Source: Nymphaea colorata
Lineage: Eukaryota
Length of the DNA: 64,000 nucleotides
Direction: 5' to 3'
Assembly: GCF_008831285.2 (NCBI RefSeq)
Contig: NC_045138.2
Location: 41,416,001-41,480,000 of the forward strand
The stretch's first letter is position 1. Each line of letters begins with the position of its first letter. The position numbers and the translations under genes are program-made. The notes under the pieces are model-generated. The model ran no database searches. It was not told the DNA's origin and saw only the letters and a list, made by a program, of their open reading frames with translations. This document shows, in pieces, positions 24,171 to 38,434 of this stretch.

Positions 24171-26794
24171 GAATCTAGGATCTGTGCTTCAAATTAACAA
24201 ATTTTCCTTTCTTTTTTCTTTATCTTTACTTGTATTTAAGCTAAGCTCATAGTTGGTAATCAAATTTCGGTGTAATAGTTCCAGATCTCTGTTCAATTAC
24301 AATGTGAAAAAGCTCTACTGTACTCTGCCATTTCAAGAGCTCACTTCTTTTTGGTTGTATACGGGATCACCACGTGTCACAGCAGAACCAAGTAAACGTT
24401 GGAATTTGATCTTTCATTTTCAAATTTATGAGATGGGTGCGAACTTTTGTGGAGATGCATGTATTGCCCAACAGGAAAATCGATGAGCATTTTGCTTTGT
24501 ACAAGCGCATTCCAATGAGAACTTCATGAGCCGACTGCTTGTGAGCTTTCTGTCACATTGACAGTTACAGCCAGTAATAGACTTAATTCAAGACTCGATT
24601 GATGTGCGGTAGCCATATCATATCAAGTGCAATGTTTCATATCTTTCTTGGATCTGCATTTCTCCATCACCATGAAATTGAAGTTGATGTCTGTAGTAAA
24701 ACTCATAATCTCGTAAATAGGCTAAAACAAACAGCGGGGATGGGCATAGGTCTCCTTCAACTTGTAGGCTTTAAGCCAATCCCGTAGTAAGGTGCCCAAA
24801 AGCCATCTTTAAGGGGTTTCTAGTGCATTGGGTGTTGAAGGTAGTCCACCTTTCAATCCTAAAGTAGTCACTGTCTCCCTAATAGGTTTCAGAACAAGAA
24901 CTCTAAGAGCAGTGGGAGGTGGAAGCAATCACACTTAGAAAAAAGAAAAGAAAATAAGAGCTCAAAAATCAGTTTGGTTTCCACATTATAGTTGAAAACC
25001 AAAGAATACAGTAAAAACATGATTTTGGTCTTCATTTTGCGGATGAAAAACATTTACATATTTGGCTTTTCACAGAAAATTAGTGTAATGCGAATTGTTG
25101 TATTGGAAGCTGGCAGGCATGTTTACTTAGTCTCATTTAGATGTGGGTAAGTTTGGTATTGGGCTTGAGGTTCTTGGGTTTTTGGGCTGTATAGATCCAA
25201 TATGGGACCAGTTAATTATATTTGTTTGGACCGACCATAAACTTGGCTTTTCTTCTATTTACTCATAGTGAATTTATGACATTGGTAGTTTTATTTTGCA
25301 GTAGGAAGTTTTTCTTTGTTCAAAAGAAAAGTTCTGTACTTTTATTTTCAATGACATTTTTTTATTAAGTCTGAATCACTACCACTTGTTTCTTTTTTCT
25401 TAGTGCCGTCCATTATTCCTTTTGACTGTCACCTCCATTCTCATACCACTAACATGCTTCCTGTTTTTATCTACTTTCAGGGACCATACCCGTAGCAGCC
25501 TGTTAACATCTAAAGCTCAAAGCACCGAAGGAAGTACTTTTGTAAAGTTAGAAAATATGAAAGCTTTTCTAAACAAGTTCTCAGATGGTACACATGTTGA
25601 ATACATTTGCATTATTTTGAAATATTATGACAGGGACATTTCCAGACTTTTGAATGGTTTAACCTGAAAAACGTAAGAGCTTTCATGAATATCTTTTTTC
25701 TTTTAAAAAAATATTTACTTATGGGAAATGGTCATCGGTATAAAATATTTAAAGACATACGTACCTTGCTACTCAGATTGCACTATACTCCTTGAAGCTT
25801 ATAGCAAACGCCTTAGATATTCATATTAATGGCAACCATGAATTAGATTCACATGATTATGCGAAATACGGATCCAGTTTATGGGACTAAGGAAATTTTC
25901 CTCATGCATGCACGCAATTATCGAAGAATATATCGTTTTTACTTAACTGGTAAGGCCCTTGAAGTTCAACATTTTATAAGATGCATTTTATTGAAGCTTC
26001 CTTTATAAAAATATAGCAGAAAAAAAAAGGTTCGCTAAACATGGTGCTGACAAAAATTTACAAGGAGGGTTTTGCACGGAATGCTTTCAACTTCAACTTA
26101 AAAAATAGAATAGTAAAAAATACATAAAAACGAAATCTAAAATGTAATTGCCCTAAAATTTGTGCAATTGCACCTACTCCTCGTTATCTGCGTTTTTGCA
26201 GCTGCAGTTGTTACGTGGATCTCAAAAATGTCAGGTTCACAATTCAAAACTGATTCATGCAAGATAGTATTCAATATAATGTCAAATCAAATAGGGTCAA
26301 CTCTCTCTCTACATTCATTGTATATTAAATTGGGTAGGTATATAGGGTTTAGTGGTTCCTTGACCGCTGCATGTAACTTCTTTCTAAGGTTGTGTTTTGA
26401 CACATAAAAAATTTGAACCCAACCCCACGACTGTACTAATGATAGTTTGTTGAATTGTGAAGGGTTCGACAATTTAGAAAGACTCTTTCTCTTGTAACAG
26501 GTAAAAAAGTGGACATTTTAAATCAATTCTTTAGTAAGGTTGGGCATAGAACCGGCGAACCTAACCAAAGTCAAGCTTGTGCTTGTAGCTCGAGCCCGTA
26601 CCTAACCAATAAAATGCGGGCTTGGTTTTGGCTCAGTTTGGTCCGGTTTTAATATATATATATATATATATAGTTGCGCCAAGTAGGACCGGCAAGATTC
26701 TACCTACCCTTGATGTTGTCAGGCTGATCTGAGGTCAACTTTTATCGTTCAAGCCAGGCACCAAAAGCCTGTCAAGTGTTTGGACCGATGGCCA

Positions 26795-27205
26795 CTAGAT
26801 GTCATGGATCTAGTTTGAATTGGAGTTTAACATTTTATCAGATGTTCATATATTTTGATATGAATTTCGATTCCAGTACAAACAAAAATAAGTTTGTTGT
26901 ATTGGGATTTGATTTTTACATAGCAGTTCAAATTCGATCGAACGCCAACTTTTAACTTCCATTGGAATGTGAATCTGATTTTCAAAATCACAATTGGGTC
27001 TAAATTGAACCATGATATGTTAAAAGCTGACTTTCAAAATATACATATTGGGCATATAATACTTAGAACTGAATCCAAATCCCAATCTGATCAAACAGTT
27101 ATTCAAACCCAAATGGAATCGGACGTTATTTCTTGAATCTGATTTCATTTAATTAGTTCGGTCAGACATGCGATGTAAATGTAAATTTAATCCATTGACA
27201 TACCT
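26795..27205. mobile_element. MITE of the (TAGGG)ATGTCAATGG / CCATTGACAT family
   Basis: Ends GATGTCATGGAT... / ...ATCCATTGACATACCTA; internal GAATCTGA/AATCCAAAT motifs shared with 32755-33254. Confidence 0.6.
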
Positions 27206-27285
27206 ATTTGGAGCTTTCTTTTTCCTCAATGAGCAAGCCATTAAGAATTATATATATATATATATTATAAAAGGACACCCTCTTT

Positions 27286-27473
27286 TGTTTTTAAATGGTG
27301 AGTGGTTCATTTCACCACCCCATTGGCTCCTCTTATGATCGTTTTTCTAGGTTTTTACAAATTCATGATTCAGAACCTTTTACCGTTCAGAGATAGACCA
27401 CTCCAAAACTTGAACCTGAGTTCTTAAAGGAGCCGAACCACCTTTCCACCCAATACATTACCACCCTTCGGGT
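27286..27473 (-). mobile_element. SINE (188 bp) with a perfect 16-bp target-site duplication
   Basis: AAAGGACACCCTCTTT at 27270-27285 and 27474-27489. The minus strand has a B-box-like GGTTCAAGT near its 5' end and an A-rich 3' end. Confidence 0.7.
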
Positions 27474-27494
27474 AAAGGACACCCTCTTTCTGTC

Positions 27495-27565
27495 AGGCGC
27501 ACATTAGAGATCGATCCGCTCACCTTAGGGAGTCGACATGTGAACCCTGCCGAACTAGAGCCACA
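27495..27565 (-). mobile_element. tRNA-like SINE head
   Basis: Minus strand TGGCTCTAGTTCGGCAG (A-box-like)...GTCGACT...GGATCGATCT (B-box-like); loosely similar to 3930-3990. Confidence 0.35.
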
Positions 27566-27899
27566 TCACAATAAATATTGTTTCTCTTTACATCAGAGTT
27601 CATCACTCTCTGCATGGATGGAAATAGATAGAAAATGTTTGATCTTATTGAATCTATACCCTTGAGCCTTACAAGAATTTGTGCCGGTTTATGATGAGGC
27701 TAAATTGTATCTACTCGATTTATATACGATCAGAGCAGGTGATTGGTATACAGATCAAAGGCTGAATTTAGATGAAGTGTCGTCTAGTCGTAAGATTGAA
27801 AATGAATATACTTGATTGTATATAGAAATGAGCTATTGTTTGTTTCAAGAAATTTTGCCGCTCGCTTTCCAAGCTGCGATGGGTGCCATGGTTGATGAG

Positions 27900-28720
27900 A
27901 AACAAAATTTCTTCATGACCAAATCAATAGGGATCATCTGGTATGGTTCAGTGATCAATAGTGATGATCAGAGATATTCAATGGAGTCTCTGAGAGGAGT
28001 TCCAAGAGCAATTAGGGAGGCATCTACATGTCTAAGCCCGTGGAATAGACTTGCAGCAAGATGGATGAAGGTCAGTGCACATGGGTAAGTTCCAAATGCA
28101 AACGGAGTGATTGAAATCAAGAAAAGGTCCATCTGGGTGTGATATTGAAGTTAATTCCTCGTAAGGAAGCTCCATGGTTAATTATCAAAAAATGCTCATC
28201 TGTGGATTTTGGTGCAAGCAATTAACGGATGACGAAGGAATAACTACTACATTTGAGGTTCCAGGAGAGATTGAACAAGTGATAACTGGTTTCAACCTTT
28301 TCTGAATTAGATCAGTAATGAGTGGTTACAGGGGGGGCCTCGAAGATATATATGTGTAAGAATTGGTGGAGCAGGACGTTTTTCTTGCAGCAAATGCACG
28401 TAGAGCTCTCTGTTTTTATTAAACACAATTAGCTTTTTAGTTTTTAGAGCAAATGAAGGTGGCGAAACAGGGGAAGGTTTATATAAATGGTACCGCAAAT
28501 TCATCTTTTTTGTTGTCAAATTTTACAAAAAACATGGCCATCATTAGGTGGCACAACAAAAACACACTCTGGCGATGATCAGGATTGTTTTGATCCACGA
28601 CGAGTTAGCTATAGTTTTGGTTGATATGGTTCATGTGGAAGCTTCAGAATTGCTCATATGACTAGTTTATACAATTACTAGAAATGATTTGTTGGAAACG
28701 ATTGGTAGATGCTATGACTG
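27900..28720 (+). mobile_element. Decayed LINE-type RNase H-like remnant
   Basis: Fragments ARWMKVSAHG*VPNANG, KGPSGC and SFRIAHM...GN follow the order of the plant LINE RNase H motifs (W..P..G..K.N.DG / G.G / HI.REGN..AD). Multiple stops and frameshifts. Confidence 0.4.
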
Positions 28721-29971
28721 GAAAAGATTCGACAGATCTGTTAAATAGGCGCCCATCTGCTAACATTTTGTTGGTTATTTCAATTGAACTTTACTCTTAG
28801 ATTTTGCTTTTGGCCTTGCTGATTGTTATCCCCTCCGAATTGCTTTGCTTTTTCCGACGGTGCTTTTAAGTTGCCTTACAATGCAAAGACGATGCTGTTA
28901 ACAACATCAATTCTTCGAACACTTCCATCTTCAGATACTCGTTATTGCCAATTTATTATCTGGTTTCTCTCATACTCGTTATTGCCAATTCATTATCTGG
29001 TTTCTCTCCCCTGTTTTCAGATATTTTTTTCTGTTTGATTGATTGATACCCTCCATAATGTATGCCATCGATCAGTGAATCTACAGTAGTGAATATATTG
29101 ACCTTATTCTAGATGAGGAATAACACAATATATAACCTTTTATTTCATCAATCATTGCCACTAACCAAGCAGGAGTTTTGCTTTTTAATAACTTCAATTG
29201 ACCAACTACTTCTGCAAATCAACTTATTCAGTAGACGTGGCTATCTGTTGGTCCTTGAGTTTCATGGTCTTGTCACTGACACGTCTTTGACGATAGTTAT
29301 TCGAGACTCCAGAGTCGATTATTTCTCGTCCTTCTCTGCATCTTTTATAGATGACACCACAGTACAATTCCAACCAGATCTAGCAGAGCTGTTTAAGAAT
29401 TTACAGTTAAATTATATCTATTAGTGTTTAGTTTGAGAACTGGACTTTTGGATGTATATAACCGAATCACATGCCTGCATATAAAAACTATATTCATACA
29501 ACAGCCGAGATGAAGGCTTTTCAATGTTCATTTCGCTTAAATTTTTTTTAAATTCAAGGAGCAATCATGTTATGATTCTTACTTATCCATTTCTTGGATT
29601 CTCTAAGCACGTGAATGTGTCATGAACATTCTGCAAGTTAACGTTTTTTAAGCACATGCAGGCGTCATGAACATTCTGCAAGTTACTGTTTGTAGATCTA
29701 AAACCACTGAGTTAGGGTGAACCGGATACACCCTCAGGTTAGGATTTGTTTCTGATGGCGGTTCTGTGTCTATTCAATTCATGTTCTGCTTGTTCAACGT
29801 TTCTCATTTAGTATTCATTCTTGAAGGCTGTGTGGAGGTCTAGCTCAAGTAAGACAGAGAAGGATATTATGGAATCTTCAAGCAGGGAACTTAACAAATG
29901 TCCTTTTGTTTAAGGGCTGGAAACATATTAGGCAACTTCAACCTACCGTTCCAAAGCTGGTGAAGAGTGAC

Positions 29972-30262
29972 ACTCCAAAAGTTTAGTTCCTTATTGAAAA
30001 TTGTGAAAGATCATCAATGACTGATAAGGAGGTTATTTAAGTGATTGTTGTCTTGGTTCATAGTATTGGGATCCGCCAAATTGAGTCATTATAATGGTGT
30101 AAGAGCAGGGCTCAACACCCAAACCTAAGACCCCACATGTACAGACAAGTGTTAATTGAGACGGATTATAAAACTTCAAAAGTTTAGTCTCGTATTGAAT
30201 ATTGTGAAAGATCTTCAATGACTTACAATAGGTTACTTAAGTGATTGATTGTCCTGATCCTT
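29972..30262. repeat. Diverged direct repeat of about 90 bp, period about 201 bp
   Basis: CAAAAGTTTAGT...TATTGAA.ATTGTGAAAGATC.TCAATGACT...AGGTTA.TTAAGTGATTG occurs twice. Confidence 0.8.
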
Positions 30263-31149
30263 AACCTTTTTTTTGGGGTTGAAAGCTAAGATTTAGGGTC
30301 AGTTTGAGATCTACCAAACTGGGTCGTGACACAAGAAGTGAAATTACAGGTAGCATGCACATTGTTTAGGGCCATCTTAGTGAGGTTTGCAGGTGCATGC
30401 AAACAGGAGACGTTCCATGTACCGGCTATCTTTTCACATCTCAGAAATGCCTTTTTGGTGCTCCTCAACGTTCCATGTAACGCTTGGCACAGACCGGCAC
30501 GTTCTGTTTTAAATGGGGCTTTCTTTGAATCAGGCAACCACTTGTTGGCCATTGTTTAGAAAATTGCCAGCTTTAAGCAGACAGATGGGTAACTGGGATT
30601 TTTGTCCCCTTTTTCTTCTTTCCTTCTTCACTTCCCAAAGGTCTGGGGTTAGGATTTTTTGGTTCAATTCCTTCACTGATCCGATGGTGCACTTTGACAT
30701 TCTTGTGTCCAAAATGCACTTTGAATCATAAAGTTCTTCACAAGCAACCTAGCTAACTCACAAGAACAATCTCTGCAGCTTCTGACACAATTTACTTCAT
30801 GCAAACATTCTCAGATGTGTGAATATCATGGCCTGATATGTCAAATGTTTGGGTGACCTCTATGTGAATCATCGGATTTCTTTCTGCTTCCATCCCAACT
30901 TGAAATACAACTGTTGGTCATTATGGTAGCACGCCAAACTCATACTGACGAGAGTTTGATAATTTTCCCTCAATAAAAGAAGAAAATTGGCACCGGTACT
31001 TGATTGTAATGGAACGCCATGAATGTACAATTCCCAGATCATAACAAAATCAAACCTTTGGGTGGTTAATTCTGTGACTCACAACCGAGCTTCTACGCAC
31101 ATAGAAAATTAAGGTATAAGAATACGATTATAAGTGGAAACAAGAGATG

Positions 31150-31495
31150 GAAAGATGGTGCCCCATGCTTCTTTGGGTGGATCCATTAGGTAAACTGAAA
31201 ATTTTCTGTCGATGGTAGCTTCTACTGTTGATCTAAGTTGTTTGGTGGTGGCGGCTTTAGAAGAAAAGAAGGGGGGCATCGCCTCTGAAGCTCCATCCTA
31301 TGCAGGTTAGTTTGGATTCAGACTACATTGGTGAACAAAGGAGGCTTTGCTTTTTATCAGAAGTGATCGAGTCTATTGAAGTCGCACATAGACCTGCAAT
31401 GTCCCCTCGAGGTTGCTACAAGCCCTTATGAAGAGGATAACTGAAAAACTCGAAACAGGAACCAAATTTGCTGAACTTATATGCAAAGAAGTTAG
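31150..31495 (+). mobile_element. Second decayed LINE-type RNase H-like remnant
   Basis: WVDPLGKLK/(frameshift)FSVDGSF...GGGGFRRKEG...LDSD...GTKFAELICK resembles P.G.LKFNVDGS..GGG.LR..G..ESDS..GN..AD.LAK. Confidence 0.5.
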
Positions 31496-32754
31496 AATTT
31501 GATTCATTCTACTTCAAGGCCTTTTCTGCGATTCGAAGAGACAATAACCAAGAACATGACATGTAAGACGCCGAGTTCATTAAAGCAGTTCTCTGTTCGA
31601 TGTTTTTGAGTTGGGAGTGAAGATATCCATATTTTCAGCCGCATTCGCCGTCTGTCTCCAGATTCAAAAGATTATCAAATTGGGTAATCATTTCTTAAAT
31701 AAGGTGGGAAAATGAGACATCAAAGACTGGCGCCTGGTCTGAAGGCACATTCACTAATTGAACCTCGTTGACCTCTGTGACCTTACATCTCACCATGATA
31801 GATCCAAAGTTAAGCTACTGAGCTCATCCACTCAATCTTGACCGAGGTTCTGTGGAACAACCAAGCTGTTGGCGAGTTTGGTCAGATATCTGATCTGGAC
31901 CTGTTAAATCAGTCAAAGTAGAATTGGTGCTTGCAAATAAAATTTCAGTTGGATCATATTAGAATTTGCAGTTTATGAAGCATTTTCGACTTGAAGTTCA
32001 AGCTGTGGAGATGGAAATTTTAGCTTAGGGGCAGTTATAAGAGCTTTGGGCCAAGTTGAAGGAGCAACCCATATAAGTGGTGTCGGCACAATGTTGAATA
32101 TGAGTGGGCTGTGTGGCAGCTGCCCACATATGCCCATATATATCTCTGCACAGTATTCATGCACCTCAGCATTGATGAAGCAAAACAGTTAACATACTAG
32201 ATTTCATTTTAACTCCATGTTTGAACCTGATCAGTTTTGTCTATTGCACTCTTCTTTTCTCCTCACAAAGTTTCCTTTTCTTGGCTCTCATTTTGGTCAT
32301 TGATATACTTTTGGTTCCAGCTAACTGAATTCCAAGTTCTTCAGTTTGATTGGAGTCTATTAACATTGCAGTTTGCACATGAATATCCATTGTCGAGTTT
32401 CCGCCAAGTTCTCGGCCTGACAAGTGCCATTATATTCTTTGACAGTAAAATGATAGTAACTAACGCCTTTGATAGTTTGCTTAAATTTGAATCTCAAAAC
32501 ATAAACATTAGTAACTAACGTGATAGTTTGCTTATGAATCTGAAAACATGGAAGAGCAACTTAGGTTTAAACTAAGGAGAAAAAAGTTGATGGCACCAAT
32601 TCATATTCGAACTTTCCATCATATCTGGAAGACTGGAACTGTTTAAACCTCCAAGGATGACAGGAAATATTGTGTTGACAGACGTTAGCCCCATGTTTTG
32701 ATTATTTGTGTCCTCTTTGTTCCATGCATGAAGAAAACTCGTTACAGTTAACCC

Positions 32755-33254
32755 TAGGGATCTCAAGCAATCGGATTTGAATTGAATATATCTTTTACTG
32801 TATTCTATTTCTCAGACGTTCACACATTTAGGTTTGAATTCGGATTTGAATATGAATGAAGAAAAGTCTATACAACAATATACAACATCGGTGTCTGGGT
32901 TTTAACTCCGGAGTCTGAATCTGATATGGATCTGACTTTTAAAGTTACAACCGAATCCAAAACTGACTTTTTCAATGCACAACCGACTACCAACCACATT
33001 ATGATATGTTAAAAACCAACTTTTTGAAATATATGAATACCAGATATTTTATGTAAAACTGAATTTATATCCAAATTGGACTCTATAGACGTTTATTTAA
33101 AACCAAATCCGAACTTGAATTCAATCATATGCCATTTTTAAATTCAATTCTGAACTGAACTTTTTATTGGATCTTCATTTTTTTTTCCTAAATCAGACTT
33201 TTTAGAAGCAGTTCGTTCAGATATTTAATCAAAATCTGACCATTGACATGCATA
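32755..33254. mobile_element. MITE of the TAGGGATGTCAAT family
   Basis: TAGGGATCTCAA... / ...CCATTGACATGCATA; many CGGATTTGAA/AAATCCGAA subterminal repeats. Confidence 0.65.
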
Positions 33255-33787
33255 GTCGTCACCAGAACTTTTAGGCCGCCCATCTCATGAACTTCTATGT
33301 CATTCATTCCATTCTCTGAAGCTTAACTTCCACTAGTTTGTGATGTAAGGAGAGGCAAAAACCTCAGCAAATTCAAGACCTTTTAATGCGTTTCACTTGC
33401 ATAGAGTCATCCTTCAGCGATGAACTACGACTGAATCAAGATTTTTCATTTTTGGTCGAAGACTGGTTCTCTCTAGAATGTTTTGGATTCTTCAAGAACT
33501 TTAAATTCTCATCAAAGTTGAACCATGGTTGCGGTCTCACTTTGAATGAATCTTTCCAGTCAAAAACAATAATAATAACCTGGACTGACTCCTATACATT
33601 GTTTTTGACTAATATCGGTTACAAATTTATAGGATAGTACGTTTGAAGAAGGTTCCTGGATTTTCTTTTCATCTTTCCTTTTTGTTCTATTGTGTGTGGT
33701 AGTGAGTGGAAGATCGAACAAGGGATGGTAAGAATGGATCGTGAAGGATACTCAATGAATTCAATGTGTGTGTGTGTGTGCGCGCGC

Positions 33788-33932
33788 AATGGCGGAGCCA
33801 CATTTCCACGGAAATTGTTTTATTTACGTACAAAACTTCATTTGTTTTCATTTTTTTTATATATAAGTGCCCCATAAACTTGAAATTTAATATAACAGTA
33901 CCCTTTAGCCAAAAATTTTCCGTTCCGCCAGT
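33788..33932. mobile_element. MITE with GGCGGAGCC/TTCCGCC termini
   Basis: CAATGGCGGAGCC... / ...GTTCCGCCAGTT with an AT-rich core. Confidence 0.6.
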
Positions 33933-34230
33933 TTCTCTGTGTATATGTGTGCGTGAATGCATGCATGGGTCTATAAATGTGGGTATGGGCGAGCAATGTG
34001 TCTGGTGTAGGCGACGGTGAAGACCTAGCGTGTCGTCCCCCAAGTCCGAACTGGAGTACATTTCAAAGTCCAAATAGTAGATGCCCTAATTGATAGTTAA
34101 CTTGAAAGCAACAGCTTCTAGAATGCATTATGGGAAGAACCGATTATTGACTCAGTCCCAACCACACATCTCGTTCAAACATTCTTAGTATTGAACCATT
34201 TGTCAAGTCTTATAAAGGCTACCAAGACTC

Positions 34231-34565
34231 GGGAGTGTTTGGCAATAGTAACAGTATGTTATTATGTTATTATTGTTATTATTGCATAAATGTTTCATGA
34301 AACTACCCCAACTTTTAGGACAGATGTAACGGATAGTAACATATATACAAGCAAATATCGCATGGCTTATATAGTTAAACATCTCATAATTGTTCTCATG
34401 GATTTTACATTAATAGACAAAATTATCAGATTCAACGGGACGTTAAATTAACAAAAGAAATATTTTGAAGAGGAACTTTTTCAACAACGGACATTCGATA
34501 AAGGTGTAAGGTAGCATAAACATAAATGTGTTCTAGAACATAGTGTTCGGGTTGCCAAACGCCCT
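34231..34565. mobile_element. Tourist-like MITE
   Basis: GGGAGTGTTTGGCAA... / ...TTGCCAAACGCCC; same termini family as 15160 and 17010. Confidence 0.6.
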
Positions 34566-36157
34566 TTATAGATACTTTGCGGTCCCTATACATTAATTGC
34601 CGATCGATAAGTAACTGGTCCATACTAAAACTACTGGGAAGAAAGCAGTCTGGAGTTTGGACTATCATAAAGGTCGTTCTCTTGTACAAGCTGAAGGAGT
34701 ACTTCTTATTTAGAGGACGTTTGATGAGAAGAACCTTTTTGTTCTTACAGCGTATATTCTTATGGCATATATCTTTAAAATACCGTGTTCTGTTTTTTGG
34801 CTTGAGACTATGTCAAACATTTAATTGTTGAGTTTACGAACGAACTCCATTTTCTAAAACAAAATTAGCAATGTCTTCTTGAATCCACTTCATTTTCTGA
34901 TGGTAAAGAGGCTCTCTCTTAACTTATGTGACTTCACTTTTCTGATAAAATTTATATATGCTTTCGGTATTCATCACCTTGGGAATTATGTTTTTGGACA
35001 TAATCTGCAAAATTAGCTCCATATTTCTATCTGATTCTTGATACCAGCGTCACTTTCACTAATAAGTGCCAAACAAGTGCAACCATATGTTGATACCAAA
35101 TTAAGAACTAACACAATTGCCTTTACGTTCTGCGTTTGAAGTGAAGAAAAGAAGAATTCACATGAAATTTCAATTAGATTTTATGTTCTTAATAAAAATG
35201 CTAGAGAAAACCAAAATACTATAGGCTAAATTACAAACGATTCAGATATTAAACTAACTTTATGTTCTTCGAGACCTAGCTTGTTCAATGTTTCAGCCTT
35301 CTTGAGCAGTGCGTGCTGTGTGTTCAGGGGAACATGCATTGTGCTTGTGTTGGGTCCTATCAGATTTGTGTTTGATCCCCTCAAAACATGCTTTCTGTGA
35401 TGAAGTTTAGGAAAAGAGGTACTATTTTGTTATTTTTTTGTGTTTTATAGGGGGTATTAATTTCTTCAACTTTTTGGCAACAACCAATTTAGCTGAGATA
35501 TTGATTCTCTGAACCGGTAAAAGATATTAAGATAAGTATTTCTAAAAAAATAAAAATAATTAAAGGAGTAATGGTCATTATTCCTATCCTACGTATCGAA
35601 CAATGCACATTTATATATAAAAAAGTCATTTTTTGTTTCAATTTATTTGAAATTACTTTTTAGCTATTTTTCAAATAAAATTGATGATGACCGGATGGAG
35701 TCCGACGTATATTTCAAGCTTAAGGGCAAAATATAACAAAATATTGGAAAAAATGCGATAAATTTGCAAAAATCTTCGTGCTGTTTGTACAATAATAATG
35801 TCCAATCCATCATGAGATGGATAGAACATGGTGGCACTAATCATGCGTGGAGTCAATTTATAAACACAATATAACATAGAAATTCATATATGAAAAGATA
35901 AAATTAGAAGAGGAGAAAAAGAAAGCGATCGATGATTGCACTTTGAGCTTGGAGAGTGAAGGTCAAAAGCTATTTGATACTACCACATGTAATTGAAAGC
36001 AAGAAAGAAGATGAAAAGGTTATTGGAATTTACAGGAAGACCTGCTTTCTTCAAGCTTGTTGGAAGTCCTGTGAGTGTCACTCATCATGCACAAATGGCA
36101 GCAGAATCTTATCATGGCCTGCTTTTTGGGTGCTGCCACTGGTGAAGAAGATGATAG

Positions 36158-36195
<38 letters not shown>

Positions 36196-37794
36196 AATCG
36201 TGCAGAGTGCTGGCCTGGTGATCGGCCATGGAGTCAGAATTTCAGAAAACCTCTTCTGCTTTTTCGGAGGAGGACCAGCGATGCCTGAAAAACAACGGTT
36301 GCGCAGTTGTTCTGTTGCCCTTTGCCTTCTGCTGTACCTCTTCTTGTTTTTTCTCCATCCTTTTTGGCAGAGCAGAGAAGAGAAGAGAAGAGAAGAGAAG
36401 AGAAGGGCCTTCTTCTTGGCAGTGCCCTTTTCGCAGCGACCCTTTTTTCTGGTCCCTCTTTTGAGGCCTTGAGAGTCGAAAAGTGTGAAATTGTCAGTAA
36501 GATTAGACCTGCGGCGGCCATGGAAGGGCTGAAGGGACATAAAAAGAAGATAGAAAGATTGTGCGTCTCTCTCTTTTTCTCTTTTTCTTCTTTCTTTTTC
36601 ATCTTCTTTTTGGTTTCTTTTTTCTCTTTTACGTATTAATGATTGTAAGTTAGAAAGAGCCATGCTTCTCTGCACAGCGTTCGATCGCTCTCTCTCTTTC
36701 TTTCTTTCTTCCATGTCTGAAGGATCGTACTCCCCGCCGAAAGCAGGAAAAGGAAGGTTCTTGCACCATTCTCTCCCTCTCATTCTGCAGGAAAAGGAAG
36801 GCTGTTGCACCACTCTCTCATTCTCTCTGCCTTCTATTTTACAGAGTTCTCACAAGAAATTTTTGGGGACAAGCTGACGCTCTGTTGGATGAAAGTTGAT
36901 ATTAGCTTACAGATTTGTTAACGAAAGGAGAAGTTTCAAATTTACGAGATTCGTCGCGTGTTTATGCTTTCCACGGAGCACATCTACAATTATTTATGAT
37001 CAGAAACGTGAGAATGAAAACGATCTTGACGCTGTTCGTATAAAGCCTCCTTTTTTTTCGAAATACAAGCATATACGTAATCCCCTCTCTATATATATAT
37101 ATATATAGATTTTGGCACTGAGCCATACAATTAAGACCATTCATTTAAATTAGATAAATAGTTGAGAGAAAAACAAAGAAAAAAAAGTATGAATTAATAC
37201 ATACTATAAAAATACTTATTAATCTTTTTTTTCTTGATATAATCATCTTATTAAATGATTAAATAAACCTGAAAAGTTAAAATCACCATTCAATTTGATA
37301 TGTATATGCACTTCATATATACATAGAGTACACGTAAATGCACATATATATGCCTTTATACACACTTACATGCAACCACATATGTTCACAGTCTACATCT
37401 AAGCGCGCGTTACATTGACATATAGACACTACATGCATGCAATCCCTCACACACACACATATTTAGACACATATACACATACCATCGACTGCATGCAAGC
37501 ACCCATATTATAAACATTTAGATAAATTAACTCGTCTCAGTTTTACCTCACTAGCTAGGTGGTTGTCCCAAAGTCAAGAGCAATCATTTCAATTAGTGTG
37601 TGTTCAGCTGTGTGTGACTTTTAGCGCTAGCATCTTACTTTTTTTTTAAATTTATATGTAAATTTTAAAAAATTTCACTTGTTTTATATAAAAAATTTAA
37701 AAATGATATTTCGATCCTAATCAAAATTTAAAAACCTTAATTCCATCTTTTTAATGAAATTTTTTTTACTCCGCCCAATGTAACTTAATATCTA

Positions 37795-37919
<125 letters not shown>

Positions 37920-38434
37920 AACAGTGACATGTTTTAACTTTAGCTGCACCTACCAAGTTGAAAATTACAAGTTTTGTGCAACGGTTTTTTTTTTTTTTAT
38001 GCAAAGGGTGGATTTTTCAATTCATTCAATGGCTGCATACGGATAAGTGTCCGGCATTTTTCCACGAGTTTGACGACTTTGTCTTGCCACCGCCCACAAT
38101 TAACATGCATGGATTGGGACGTGAAAGACTGAAAGTTTATAAAGTTCAAACTTTCTTTCAAATATCAATGTGGTTGGTTGTAAGTTTTCGTCAGATTTGG
38201 TATTTATTTGAGAAAGAACATAAGGTTGGGCATCGGGTCGGGCCGGGCCAGTCTCAAAATTGTCGGATCGAAACACCCATCACAAGATTATGGTTTGGTT
38301 TGGCATCAATCTAACATGGACAAGTGGTCCGCATGGGCGCCGTGTCATAAAAGGAAGGGCACTGCTGATTGATGGCAGATCAACTACATACATTTTGATC
38401 TCGGCATGAAAGTTGATGTGGGCAAGTGCCTACA

